DNA from: Nitrospirota bacterium
GTDB taxonomy: Bacteria; Nitrospirota; UBA9217
Assembly (NCBI GenBank): GCA_963751455.1
Contig: CAVVUN010000015.1
Location: 320,001 to 384,000 of the forward strand
Reading direction: 5' to 3'
DNA: 64,000 nt
Positions 10,461-19,038 of the stretch are shown here, piece by piece. Position numbers and translations under genes: made by a program. Every line of letters starts with the position of its first letter. Within the stretch, counting starts at the first letter, position 1. The notes beneath the pieces were generated by a model. It was not told the DNA's origin and did no database searches. It worked only from the letters and a program-made list of their open reading frames with translations.

Positions 10461-10970
10461 ATGAACCACAGAGGTTTCACACTCATGGAACTTGTGATGG
10501 TCCTGATTCTGATCGGCATCATCGCAGTATTTGCCGCACCAAGGATGCCTGACATCACCTCCACGAATGCGGACGCATTCAAAGACAAGCTGCGAGCGGA
10601 TATTCGTTACGCGCAGAACCTTGCCATGAGCCGGAATCAGAGATGCAGGGTGTATTTCAACACAGCGCCCTCTCCTGTCCCTGACGGATATGCCGTTGTG
10701 AATGATCTAGATGGGGATGCTATTTGGGGTGAAGCCGGTGAATTTGCCATGGATCCTGCAGGAACCGGAAATTTGAGCGTTGTGTTGAATACGGGAGATT
10801 ATTCAAACATTACCATTAGCACGGGCGCTTGCGTTCCTGCAGTCGGTGGTTTCACGGAATTTAATTCATTGGGTGTTTCTACAACTGGTGGGGGAGCTAT
10901 CACGGTTTGCGCGAACGGTGTCGCCGTGGGGGCGGTGGTGATTGCGGCAGAGACGGGGGCGGTGAACTGA
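10461..10970 (+). CDS. Minor pilin (MshC/GspH/FimT-like)
   Basis: RG|FTLMELVMVLILIGIIAVFAAP; LRADIRYAQNLAM motif. Confidence 0.85.
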   Translation: MNHRGFTLMELVMVLILIGIIAVFAAPRMPDITSTNADAFKDKLRADIRYAQNLAMSRNQRCRVYFNTAPSPVPDGYAVVNDLDGDAIWGEAGEFAMDPAGTGNLSVVLNTGDYSNITISTGACVPAVGGFTEFNSLGVSTTGGGAITVCANGVAVGAVVIAAETGAVN

Positions 10971-10972
10971 TC

Positions 10973-11004
10973 GAATGCGGAGTTCGGAATGCGGAGTGCG
11001 GAAT
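10973..11004. repeat. Heptamer tandem repeat (AATGCGG/AGTGCGG/AGTTCGG)
   Basis: GAATGCGGAGTTCGGAATGCGGAGTGCGGAAT; same family at 13138-13229 and 60593-60627. Confidence 0.8.
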
Positions 11005-11267
11005 CAGGATCAGACGGTATTTAGTCATCGTGCTTAGCTATTGAGCTTCTCGGTGATAAGCAGAGGTAAAGCGTCTCGAACGGAAAGAATATTCTTCCAC
11101 AGAAGGCACAAAAGACACAGAGAACTAATAAACAAGATTTTGATTTATGAATCGGATTTTCTTTGTTGCGATGAAAGAGTGAGGGAATTAATACTCATCC
11201 ATTGAGTATTTTTACTCAACCATTGAGTAAATTATTGATATTTAATCGGAATGACATATTTGGGAGA

Positions 11268-11711
11268 ATGAAGATCGGAAGAACAGAAGGTTTTACCCTC
11301 ATTGAAACCATCATTACGCTTGTCGTGCTCTCGATAGCGGCTGTGGGAGTGCTCTCAGTCTTCACCACCGGTATGAAGGGAAGCGCGGACCCGCTTCTTA
11401 TCGAACAGGCCACGCAGTTGGCGCAGAGAACTATGGAGGAGCGCGTAATCGGCCTGAAATTGTCGAATGGATTTAACGCAGTCCAGGACGTTGCCGCAGC
11501 GGCATTCGCAGCTCCATTTGCCGGTTTTTCCTCTGCCGTTGACGCAACGTGCGTTGACGTAAATTTTGCAAATGATCAGGCCGCTCCGGGATACAATCTC
11601 GATGGTTCCTGCAATCAGGCAGGGTTCGCCAGGAACTATAAAAGAGCGGTTGTCACGGTCAGTTGGACCGGCGGCGACGTCGTCCTTACGACCGTTGTTG
11701 GAGATTTTTAA
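11268..11711 (+). CDS. Minor pilin (MshD/PilV-like)
   Basis: ATG 11268 after GGGAGA; EG|FTLIETIITLVVLSIAAVG; C-terminal KRAVVTVSW. Confidence 0.85.
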   Translation: MKIGRTEGFTLIETIITLVVLSIAAVGVLSVFTTGMKGSADPLLIEQATQLAQRTMEERVIGLKLSNGFNAVQDVAAAAFAAPFAGFSSAVDATCVDVNFANDQAAPGYNLDGSCNQAGFARNYKRAVVTVSWTGGDVVLTTVVGDF

Positions 11712-11717
11712 TGGGCT

Positions 11718-11888
11718 GTAGGGCAAGGCTTCAGCCTTGCAGATTCTGTCAGGACAGAAAAGAAGAAAAGTACATGCAACCCTGAAGGGTTGCCCTACAA
11801 AAACAAAAAAGGACATGTAGGGCAAGGACTTCGACGAGACTTCGGCGTGAGCTCAGTCGAACGCTCAGTCGAGACGCTTCAGCCTTGC
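11718..11888. repeat. GTAG-family REP cluster upstream of RAYT
   Basis: REP-A GTAGGGCAAGGCTTCAGCCTTGC (11718-11740); inverted REP-B GCAACCCTGAAGGGTTGCCCTAC (11776-11798); interrupted REP-A (11817-11888). Confidence 0.9.
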
Positions 11889-11900
11889 AGAATCAAGGCA

Positions 11901-13139
11901 ATGATAACTACAACGTTCAAAAAAAGGATACGTCTCAAGGGCTTTGATTATCAGGGCTGTTTTCGATATTCCTTGACTTTTTGTACGAGAAACAAGTTGC
12001 CTCATTTCAAAGACGACCTAACCGTACTTAATACCGCACGGATACTGCAAGAAACGGCAAAGACGCATGATTTCAAAATATGGACTTGTTGCTTCATGCC
12101 GGACCATGTTCATGTTTTGGTAGAGGGTGAAAGTCAAACTGCTGATTTAAAAAAATTCGTGTCCGCTTTCAAACAAAAGAGCGGTTACTGGTTTAGGCAA
12201 ATGCAAAAACAAGCAACCCTGAAGGGTTGCCCTACAAAAGATGAAATAGAAATTAATGTAGGGCAAGGATTTCGACAAGCTCAGTCGAGACGCTTCAGCC
12301 TTGCGAAATCAGCAACCTTAAAAGGTTGCCCTACAAAAGAGGGGAAAAACGTTAATGGGCAAGGCTTGAGCCTTGCGAAGATGCGGGGCGATGAGCTCTG
12401 GCAGATAAATTATTATGACCATGTTTTGAGAAGCGACGAGGCAACAGAAAAGGTCGCGCGATATATTTTGGAGAATCCCGTAAGGAAAGGACTCGTGGAG
12501 GATTTTCGTAATTATCCCTTTTCATGGTGTCAAGTTTTTGATTTTGTAGGGCAAGGCTTCAGCCTTGCAGATCATGCAACCCTGAAGGGTTGCCCTACGA
12601 AAGACGTGAAAGCAACTCTAAAGGGTTGCCCTACAAAACATAAAAAGAACGAGGTCGGTTTTACGCTTATCGAGATCGTGATGACGATCGTGATCGTGAG
12701 TATCATTGCGGGTGTCTCCGGCATGATCATCGCATCCGGGGTAAGGGCTTATTCGGACGAGCAAGCCCGGAGTGATGTACATTATCAAGCCAGGCTTGCG
12801 ATGGAGAGAATGACAAGAGAAATCCGCACGATGAGGGGCAGGGCCGCTGCACCGGACGATATCCCCAATATGGCTGCAAATGCGCTGGGATTCTATGACA
12901 TCACTGGCGTGCTCGTGGAATTTGATCTTAGTGGGACCAATCTTCGGCGCCAGCAGGATGGAGGCGGATGGCAAACTCTGGCGACGAACATTGCGGGACC
13001 TCTTTTTGAATATTACGATAACGCCGGCAATCCGGGCGCCGCGCAAAACGCATTGTGGTACGTGGAAATCGGTTTAACGGCTACGCAGGGTTCTGAGTCT
13101 CTTCAAATGAACACGCGCGTGCATCCTAGGAACTTTTAA
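11901..13139 (+). CDS. In-frame fusion: REP-associated tyrosine transposase (RAYT, Y1/HUH) plus MshO/PilW-like minor pilin
   Basis: KKRIRLKGFDY, LTFCT, MPDHVHVL (HUH), LWQINYYDHVLR, YILENPVRKGLV, YPFS; no stop before NEVG|FTLIEIVMTIVIVSIIAG (Phe at 12660); pilin motif ARLAMERMTREIR. Confidence 0.8.
   Translation: MITTTFKKRIRLKGFDYQGCFRYSLTFCTRNKLPHFKDDLTVLNTARILQETAKTHDFKIWTCCFMPDHVHVLVEGESQTADLKKFVSAFKQKSGYWFRQMQKQATLKGCPTKDEIEINVGQGFRQAQSRRFSLAKSATLKGCPTKEGKNVNGQGLSLAKMRGDELWQINYYDHVLRSDEATEKVARYILENPVRKGLVEDFRNYPFSWCQVFDFVGQGFSLADHATLKGCPTKDVKATLKGCPTKHKKNEVGFTLIEIVMTIVIVSIIAGVSGMIIASGVRAYSDEQARSDVHYQARLAMERMTREIRTMRGRAAAPDDIPNMAANALGFYDITGVLVEFDLSGTNLRRQQDGGGWQTLATNIAGPLFEYYDNAGNPGAAQNALWYVEIGLTATQGSESLQMNTRVHPRNF
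12213..12376. repeat. Four REP palindromes inside the RAYT coding sequence
   Basis: REP-B 12213-12235 and 12312-12334 (translated ATLKGCPT); REP-A 12258-12304 with 24-nt insert; degenerate REP-A about 12355-12376. Confidence 0.9.
12546..12634. repeat. Three REPs forming the RAYT-pilin linker
   Basis: REP-A 12546-12568; REP-B 12576-12598 and 12612-12634; translated VGQGFSLA-DH-ATLKGCPT-KDVK-ATLKGCPT. Confidence 0.9.
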
Positions 13140-13229
13140 GTGCGGAGTGCGGAGCATCTGAGTGCGGAGTGGCGAGTGCGGAGTTCGGAGTGATAAGACT
13201 TTTAAATTCGAAATGCGAAATGCGAAACT
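13138..13229. repeat. Heptamer repeat array overlapping start of next pilin gene
   Basis: AGTGCGG/AGTTCGG units, then AAATTCG AAATGCG AAATGCG. Confidence 0.75.
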
Positions 13230-13867
13230 TGCGTCAGCAATCTTTAAGCAGGGGTCCGAATTCAAGGGGCGTTTCGATCATTGCCGCCATATTCATCATC
13301 GTCATCCTGGCGTTTATGGGAACGATGCTGGTTTCTCTCCTGAACACGGCCACTTTTTCGTCGCTCAATGACATGCAGTCCGCGCAGGCGCTTTACATAG
13401 CCGAGGGCGGGATCCAGAGGGCGCTGCGTTATTTGCAGCTTGAGGGTGGCAGGTGTCAGGACATAACAACAGTCGATGCGGCGTTGTTCACAAACATTGC
13501 CCTCGGCGACGGTGCTTTTACGGTCACGGCGATACTGTTTCGACAGGTTCCTTCTGAAAGATTAACGGTCGCGGTCAATGATGTGGCGGCGGCTATCTCC
13601 GCTACTGCAACAGCCGGTTATGCTCCAGCCGGCAGAATTTATATCCAAAATGATCCTCCGCCAGGAGCCGTAGGGACCGAGGCAATAGATTACACAAGTA
13701 TCAACGCCGTACTGAACACTTTTGATGGGTGCCGCAGGGGCATGGACGGCACGACCGCGTCCGCCCATAACGCCAACCGGCGCATTGTACAGAATCAATG
13801 CGACATCGTGTCAACCGGCTCTATCGGAAACGTACAGCGCCAGGTGCAGCTGAGTGTGCAGCAATGA
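13220..13867 (+). CDS. Minor pilin (MshP/PilX-like)
   Basis: RG|VSIIAAIFIIVILAFMG (no Glu5, typical of PilX/MshP); QSAQALYIAEGGIQRA; start uncertain. Confidence 0.8.
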   Translation: MRNLRQQSLSRGPNSRGVSIIAAIFIIVILAFMGTMLVSLLNTATFSSLNDMQSAQALYIAEGGIQRALRYLQLEGGRCQDITTVDAALFTNIALGDGAFTVTAILFRQVPSERLTVAVNDVAAAISATATAGYAPAGRIYIQNDPPPGAVGTEAIDYTSINAVLNTFDGCRRGMDGTTASAHNANRRIVQNQCDIVSTGSIGNVQRQVQLSVQQ

Positions 13868-13895
13868 ACTTGGGAAAAGGGTCTTTCGGGACTAT

Positions 13896-14024
13896 GTAGG
13901 GCGACCCTTTAGGGTTGCTGCTGTTCCGGCGCTTTCAGCAAGGCTAAAGCCTTGCCCTACAAGTTTGGTTGCGGCCTACTGCCGCGCTATGATAACACCA
14001 GTCGTTTGTGAGACACTACACTAG
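13896..14024. mobile_element. Truncated MITE copy carrying a REP doublet (right end only)
   Basis: About 130 bp nearly identical to 16457-16585; ends GAGACACTACA-CTAG. Confidence 0.75.
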
Positions 14025-14180
14025 CCGGAATCCAGTGTGTTTGATTTCTGTTGATTTGAAAAATCCAGATTCCCGACAGGAGCGTTTGGGAATGACGAAC
14101 AAGTGTCATTGTAGTAATAATCCGTGCTAATAATATTCCCCTCCCCATAGAAAGGGAAGGTTAGGTGGGGTTATTTTCGA

Positions 14181-16139
14181 ATGAAAAAAGGTCATAAAAT
14201 CGCGTTGTTGGTCCTGGCCATTCTGTCATTAACTGTCTTAGGCAGGGACGTGTTTGCCGCCGCCCGCGTCGGCTATTATACGATTACGCTTCCCGGCTTC
14301 ACGGGTGTTACGATGGGGGATGCCTCGGTAACCCTTCCGGTGACCATCAATAACCTCGCGACCTCGACGGCCACGGTCGGCTATATCCGCATTGATTTTA
14401 ACTCGGCAATTTACTACGTCAGCCAGGAGAATGCGGCGCCCCCGAATTGGACCGTTGTAGAGATCAAGAATGCAGGCGCAGGCCAAACTTATATCAAATA
14501 CAAGACCGCTACCAATCCCATACCGATCGGAGGCAGTCAGGTGTTCAACGTCATTCTGACCGGAACCGGCAACGGCAATATACCGGCTGCTGTTGCCGAT
14601 CAGACTGATGCCATTGACGATGACAACAATTCGACCGACCTGCTGGTGAGCGATACCAATTCAAACTACTTCGACAGGAATGCTACAGGGAATGCGGATT
14701 CATGGACGCGCAAATCTCTGTATGCGACCATGTCGGCGTCTCCCGGTGCTGTCGGGACCGGAGACTCAGTCTCGGTCATGATGACGGTAACAAACCGGTC
14801 GAGCGCAGCGCAAACGAATGTGCAGCCGTCGGCCATGAATTTCAACACCACCGAAACAGGGGGAGCCACGCTTACGGCGGGACCGACGCCCGCAGTTGTC
14901 GCTTCTTTGGCTGCCGGAGCTGCCGCAACGTTTCAGTGGACCTACACGGCAACGGGAAGCGGCAGTATTCAGTTCTGTAATTCGGCGCGAAACGGCACGA
15001 ACAGCTCTACGTCAAAAAACGTTTGTTCGTATGATGTTGCAATTGGAGATTTTACCGCAACGCTATCAATCTCCCCTCCGCAGATCGTTTCGGGGCAAGA
15101 GGTGACGGTCACGATGACAGCATCGAACAAGGGGACATCCGCCCGCAATAACGTTGCGCCTTCCGCTCTCACGTTTGAAGTCCTGGGCGGAAATGCCGCA
15201 AGTGTCTGTTCCGGCCCTACTCCGGCGAACGTAGGCAGTCTCGCTTCCGGCTCTTCAGCTATGTTCCAATGGACTTGCACCGTCACTTCCACGCAGATCG
15301 GAAGTTCATTCCGGTACAATGCCTTTGCCACGAGCAATTCGGGTAATTCATTGCCTTCCCCGGCCTATTCGAATATCGGCGTCATATCAGCTTATTCGGT
15401 CACAGTAACTCCGGCTACTGTCCCATCGGGCAGCGGAGCGACGTTTGCGTTTAGAATAACCAATAACGGCGGATATCCTCTTTTTAAAGTCAGAATCGAC
15501 ACGCCTGCCGTCGGTTTCAGTTACTCGTCGGCCTCTGGAGGATGCACCGGTAATTGGACTCCAGTGACTGTCGGCACGCCGGTACAAATTACGTTCTCGA
15601 CGACGGACGTAAGTACCTGCACCTGCGCTGCTGCCCTAAATTGCATCCCATGCGCCGGCGGCGAATGCAATTTTTACGTAACGTATTCGGCTGTTCCGGC
15701 GGTAGCGGTCAATACGGACTATGTCTTCACCGTAAAAGTCTGGGACACGCAATTAACCCAGCCGAATGCCGAACCGCGCGCCTCGCTGAATGCAAATGTT
15801 ACAGTTACTTCTCACGCCGTGACTCTTGAGGCGATCCCTGAGACCGCTGCTCCCGGCTGCACAGCGCTGCTGATCGCGACGATAACTCCTGCTGTAGCAA
15901 GCGGCGGCGTGGTGGATTTCTTCGCAACCGCAGGCTCTTTGTTGAATGTCAGTCCCACGACGTCGAGCAGCGATGCATCTGCAGATATCCGGGCTCCGAT
16001 ACCATCCGATCCTGCAATAACGGGTGCGAACGTTTGGGCAGTGTATCAAGGAGCTTTATCGAACGTAGTGCCCATTACTTTTCCCACCAATGCTCCATCA
16101 TGCCCGAAGCGAGTGAGATGGAAGGAACAGATACAGTAA
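14181..16139 (+). CDS. Secreted multi-Ig-like protein, probable pilus-associated adhesin (MshQ position)
   Basis: Signal peptide; duplicated beta-sandwich repeats (ATFQWTYT/AMFQWTCT); Cys cluster; C-terminal RWKE as in PilY1/MshQ-type tip proteins. Confidence 0.6.
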   Translation: MKKGHKIALLVLAILSLTVLGRDVFAAARVGYYTITLPGFTGVTMGDASVTLPVTINNLATSTATVGYIRIDFNSAIYYVSQENAAPPNWTVVEIKNAGAGQTYIKYKTATNPIPIGGSQVFNVILTGTGNGNIPAAVADQTDAIDDDNNSTDLLVSDTNSNYFDRNATGNADSWTRKSLYATMSASPGAVGTGDSVSVMMTVTNRSSAAQTNVQPSAMNFNTTETGGATLTAGPTPAVVASLAAGAAATFQWTYTATGSGSIQFCNSARNGTNSSTSKNVCSYDVAIGDFTATLSISPPQIVSGQEVTVTMTASNKGTSARNNVAPSALTFEVLGGNAASVCSGPTPANVGSLASGSSAMFQWTCTVTSTQIGSSFRYNAFATSNSGNSLPSPAYSNIGVISAYSVTVTPATVPSGSGATFAFRITNNGGYPLFKVRIDTPAVGFSYSSASGGCTGNWTPVTVGTPVQITFSTTDVSTCTCAAALNCIPCAGGECNFYVTYSAVPAVAVNTDYVFTVKVWDTQLTQPNAEPRASLNANVTVTSHAVTLEAIPETAAPGCTALLIATITPAVASGGVVDFFATAGSLLNVSPTTSSSDASADIRAPIPSDPAITGANVWAVYQGALSNVVPITFPTNAPSCPKRVRWKEQIQ

Positions 16140-16206
16140 AGTCGGATATTAGAAGAGGGTGAAAACATAAGACGGGAATAGAGATGGCTATTTATTGAAC
16201 CGGAGA

Positions 16207-16347
16207 CTATTTAAAATAAAGCTTGAGCATGGCGAAGATAATGCCGGTGAGGACGCCGATCTGTCCAAGCCAGAATAAAAACATCCACTTAATGAGCTCT
16301 GACTTTATATTTGCAAGGTCTGCCTTTGCAGCAAGGATGTCCTTCAT
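16207..16347 (-). pseudogene. Fragment of a DUF1640/CCDC90-like coiled-coil membrane-anchored protein
   Basis: Manual translation MKDILAAKADLANIKSELIKWMFLFWLGQIGVLTGIIFAMLKLYFK* resembles that family's C-terminus. Confidence 0.5.
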
Positions 16348-16369
16348 TTTATCCTGAAAATTACCCCAC

Positions 16370-16585
16370 CTAGTGTAGTGTCTCTTAAATGGACGGTGTT
16401 ATATGATGATTTCTCATCGAAAACTTATCTTCGCGTAAATATTTGCTGATGAATTTGTAGGGCGACCCTTTAGGGTTGCTGCTGTTCCGGCGCTTTCAGC
16501 AAGGCTAAAGCCTTGCCCTACAAGTTTGGCTGCGGCCTATTGCCGCGCTATGATAACACCAGTCGTTTGTGAGACACTACACTAG
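16370..16585. mobile_element. MITE with CTAG flanks and imperfect ~29-bp TIRs, carrying a GTAG REP doublet
   Basis: CTAG-TGTAGTGTCTC...GAGACACTACA-CTAG; TIR match extends to GGTGTTAT; internal REP-B and REP-A from 16457. Confidence 0.8.
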
Positions 16586-16904
16586 CTCCCCCTTTATAAG
16601 GGGAGGGATTGTCGTTAGTCCACTCGATTATTAAGCCCCCTCCCTCCAGGGGCCTCCAGGGGAGAGGGGCAGGGGTGAGGGCCGTAGTGATTGAGGGGTG
16701 GTGTGGTGGTTTTGCGAGTCGAAGTTCATGGAAATTTCATATCTTCTACGCTCACAGAATCTCTCCCTATTTTTCTTTACGGTAAATTTATCATAAAATC
16801 GGTGTCCTATAAAATATTTTTGTGGCGATATCAGTGCAGCACTCATACAGGTCCTAAAATTGGGTCATCATCTAATATAAATTGCAAAACCAAGTTTATT
16901 TTGC

Positions 16905-16933
16905 TTGACAGAATTGAACTCATACTTTATTAT
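16905..16933 (+). promoter_or_regulatory. Putative sigma-70 promoter of merR-pilM operon
   Basis: TTGACA-17 nt-TATTAT. Confidence 0.6.
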
Positions 16934-16998
16934 TATAACACTGTAGAAAAATAAACCTAAACTTAGTTTTAAATTCATCCGGTAAGGGGAGAAGCGGC

Positions 16999-17244
16999 AT
17001 GAAGACGTCAGAAATCATCAGTAAGCTTGATATACCGCGGCATAAGCTCTACTACCTTGAGCAAAAGGGCTATGTGCGCCCCAAGCGAATACCTATGGGT
17101 GACCTTGAAGCAAGAGAATTCAGCAAGCAGGATTTCGAACGTATCAGAGTTATCTGGAAATACCTGCGGCAGGGATTTAAGCACAAGACCGCCTTCCAGA
17201 TGGCTACAGAGGAAATGAAGGCGGGAAGAGACGGAACGGATTGA
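16999..17244 (+). CDS. Small MerR-family HTH regulator (no effector domain)
   Basis: MKTSEIISKLDIPRHKLYYLEQKGYVRP...REFSKQDFERIRVI. Confidence 0.75.
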   Translation: MKTSEIISKLDIPRHKLYYLEQKGYVRPKRIPMGDLEAREFSKQDFERIRVIWKYLRQGFKHKTAFQMATEEMKAGRDGTD

Positions 17245-17316
17245 GGGATTTGGAGCAAGCCGACCGTGTCGGCGTAAATTACGGCAACATGGTTGCCTCG
17301 GTCCACATGGTGAATC

Positions 17317-18342
17317 ATGGGATTTTTCGGATCTAACGACATAACTGCCGTCGATATCGGCGCCGGATCGATAAAGGTAGCAAGGGTTGCAAATGCAAAC
17401 GGGCGGCGCCCGAAGCTGTTGTCCGCCGCGCTGTTTGAATTGCCGATCGAAGCCATGACGAACGGCGGCAACGGCGAATACATTGCTGAGCTTTTTAGAA
17501 ATAACAAAATAAAAGGCAAAAATATCGTGACCATGGTGCCGGGCAGACACCTGACGATCAGAAATTTCAATCTGCCGAAAATGCCGCAATCCGACCTCCG
17601 CGAGGCGGTTCGGTGGGAATCGAAACGGCATATTTCATATCCTCTGGACTCGGCTGTTATAGAATATCTCATCGTGGGAGAGAATTCGGGAGCATCGGAT
17701 AAATACGATATCCTCATGGTTGCCGCTCCCCGGGCCGGCGTTCTCGAGCACCTCAAGCCGTTTAATGACGCGGGAGCAGCGGTCATTGCAGTGGACGCGA
17801 ATCCGCTCGCGCTGCGTAATGTTCTCCGACTTGCCGGGAGCAGGAACGGAGAAAATGTTCTGATGGTTGATATGGGGGCGGGAAAAACCGAGATCAATAT
17901 TTTCAAGAACGGACATCTTCGTTTCAGCCGCTGTCTTGAAACGGGCGGAATCGACATAACGCGCGCAATCTCAGAACTTCTTGGGATCGGTCTTCAGGAA
18001 GCGGAAGAAATGAAGTGTAAAACAGGCTTGACGCAAACGTCGAATAAAGAAATTGGTACTTTGATCGGGAACAGGGTCGACAGCCTCTGGCTTGAAATAG
18101 AGCGATCGCTTACTTACTACAAAAGCGCATTCCGGGAATCACAGGTCGACCGGGCTATATTGACAGGCGGCGGATCCCTGATGAAAGGGCTCGTTGACTA
18201 TCTTTCCGGTCTCTATAAGGGCGTCATGGAACAGGACTCGCCGTTTTCTTTCTTGTCCTCCGGAAAGGACATAAGAACAGAATTTGAGGCTGTTGCGCCA
18301 AGGTTTTCGGCGGCGGTCGGGCTGGCGCTGCGAAGGGTATGA
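17317..18342 (+). CDS. pilM: Type IV pilus assembly protein PilM
   Basis: Actin-like fold motifs AVDIGAGSIK, VDMGAGKT, ILTGGGSLMKGL, AAVGLALR. Confidence 0.9.
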   Translation: MGFFGSNDITAVDIGAGSIKVARVANANGRRPKLLSAALFELPIEAMTNGGNGEYIAELFRNNKIKGKNIVTMVPGRHLTIRNFNLPKMPQSDLREAVRWESKRHISYPLDSAVIEYLIVGENSGASDKYDILMVAAPRAGVLEHLKPFNDAGAAVIAVDANPLALRNVLRLAGSRNGENVLMVDMGAGKTEINIFKNGHLRFSRCLETGGIDITRAISELLGIGLQEAEEMKCKTGLTQTSNKEIGTLIGNRVDSLWLEIERSLTYYKSAFRESQVDRAILTGGGSLMKGLVDYLSGLYKGVMEQDSPFSFLSSGKDIRTEFEAVAPRFSAAVGLALRRV

Positions 18343-18383
18343 TATGACGTCCATGAACTGCGTTCACAAAGCGTATGAAAACA

Positions 18384-18460
18384 ACCTCCCCCAGCCCCTC
18401 CTTGGCAAGGAGGGGAGCTATTTAGTCCCTCCCCTTGGCAAGGGGAGGTCAGGTGGGGTG
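18384..18460. repeat. C-rich/G-rich palindromic doublet
   Basis: CCTCCCCCAGCCCCTCCTTGGCAAGGAGGGG...CCCTCCCCTTGGCAAGGGGAGGTCAGGTGGGG; relatives at about 14137-14172, 16362-16682 and 19677-19826. Confidence 0.75.
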
Positions 18461-18468
18461 ATTTACAG

Positions 18469-19038
18469 ATGAAAATCGTGAAGGACCAGATCAACCTGTT
18501 GCCGATCGAGGAGAAGAGAGATAGCCCCTTCCTTAAAAACGGTTATCTTCTTGGAATCGTGGTTCTCCTCGGCTGGATCGCGGCTTTCGGTGTTCAATTC
18601 AAGCGTGAGTGGGACGTGAAGCAAGAACTGGTTTCACTCACTGAGCAGAAACAGAAGCTCTTTCCGGAACTGAGCAGGCTTGAGAAAGAGTTCGGCCCCG
18701 CGTCAGATCTCGCAAAGAAGCGCCAGAAGGAGGCCCTTGTCGAAGATTTTCTCACGGAAAGGGTCCTCTGGTCCGAGGTTTTTAAACAATTTTCCCGGCT
18801 CGTTCCGAAAGGGCTATGGTTCGATAACCTTGAGGGAAGTTCTTCGGGGAAGACTGAAATAAAAATCAAGGGCGGCGCTTTGAATTATTCAGCGCTGTCC
18901 CAATTCATGCTCTCCCTGGAGGCGTCAGGATATTTTATAAATCCCCAACTCCGGTTTGCCCAGAAAGTGACTGTGAAGGGACGCGATCTCGTCAATTATG
19001 AGATACTGTGCGAAACGAAAAGAAAGGCCGTAAAATGA
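18469..19038 (+). CDS. pilN: PilN
   Basis: QINLLP motif, single TM, WSEVFKQFSRLVPKGLWF. Confidence 0.85.
   Translation: MKIVKDQINLLPIEEKRDSPFLKNGYLLGIVVLLGWIAAFGVQFKREWDVKQELVSLTEQKQKLFPELSRLEKEFGPASDLAKKRQKEALVEDFLTERVLWSEVFKQFSRLVPKGLWFDNLEGSSSGKTEIKIKGGALNYSALSQFMLSLEASGYFINPQLRFAQKVTVKGRDLVNYEILCETKRKAVK

Noticed and set aside
11790-11900. N-terminal extension of the 449-aa ORF
   Set aside because: Translates REP DNA from a TTG; ATG 11901 matches the usual RAYT N-terminus
11718-12634. Recurring 23-nt palindromes as a CRISPR array
   Set aside because: Two repeat types in alternating orientation, irregular spacing, no cas genes; GTAG ends plus a RAYT identify them as REPs
13896-16585. 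About 130-bp near-identical pair as DGR template/variable repeats flanking the adhesin
   Set aside because: Both copies are non-coding, have very few differences and end in a TIR; no reverse transcriptase in the window
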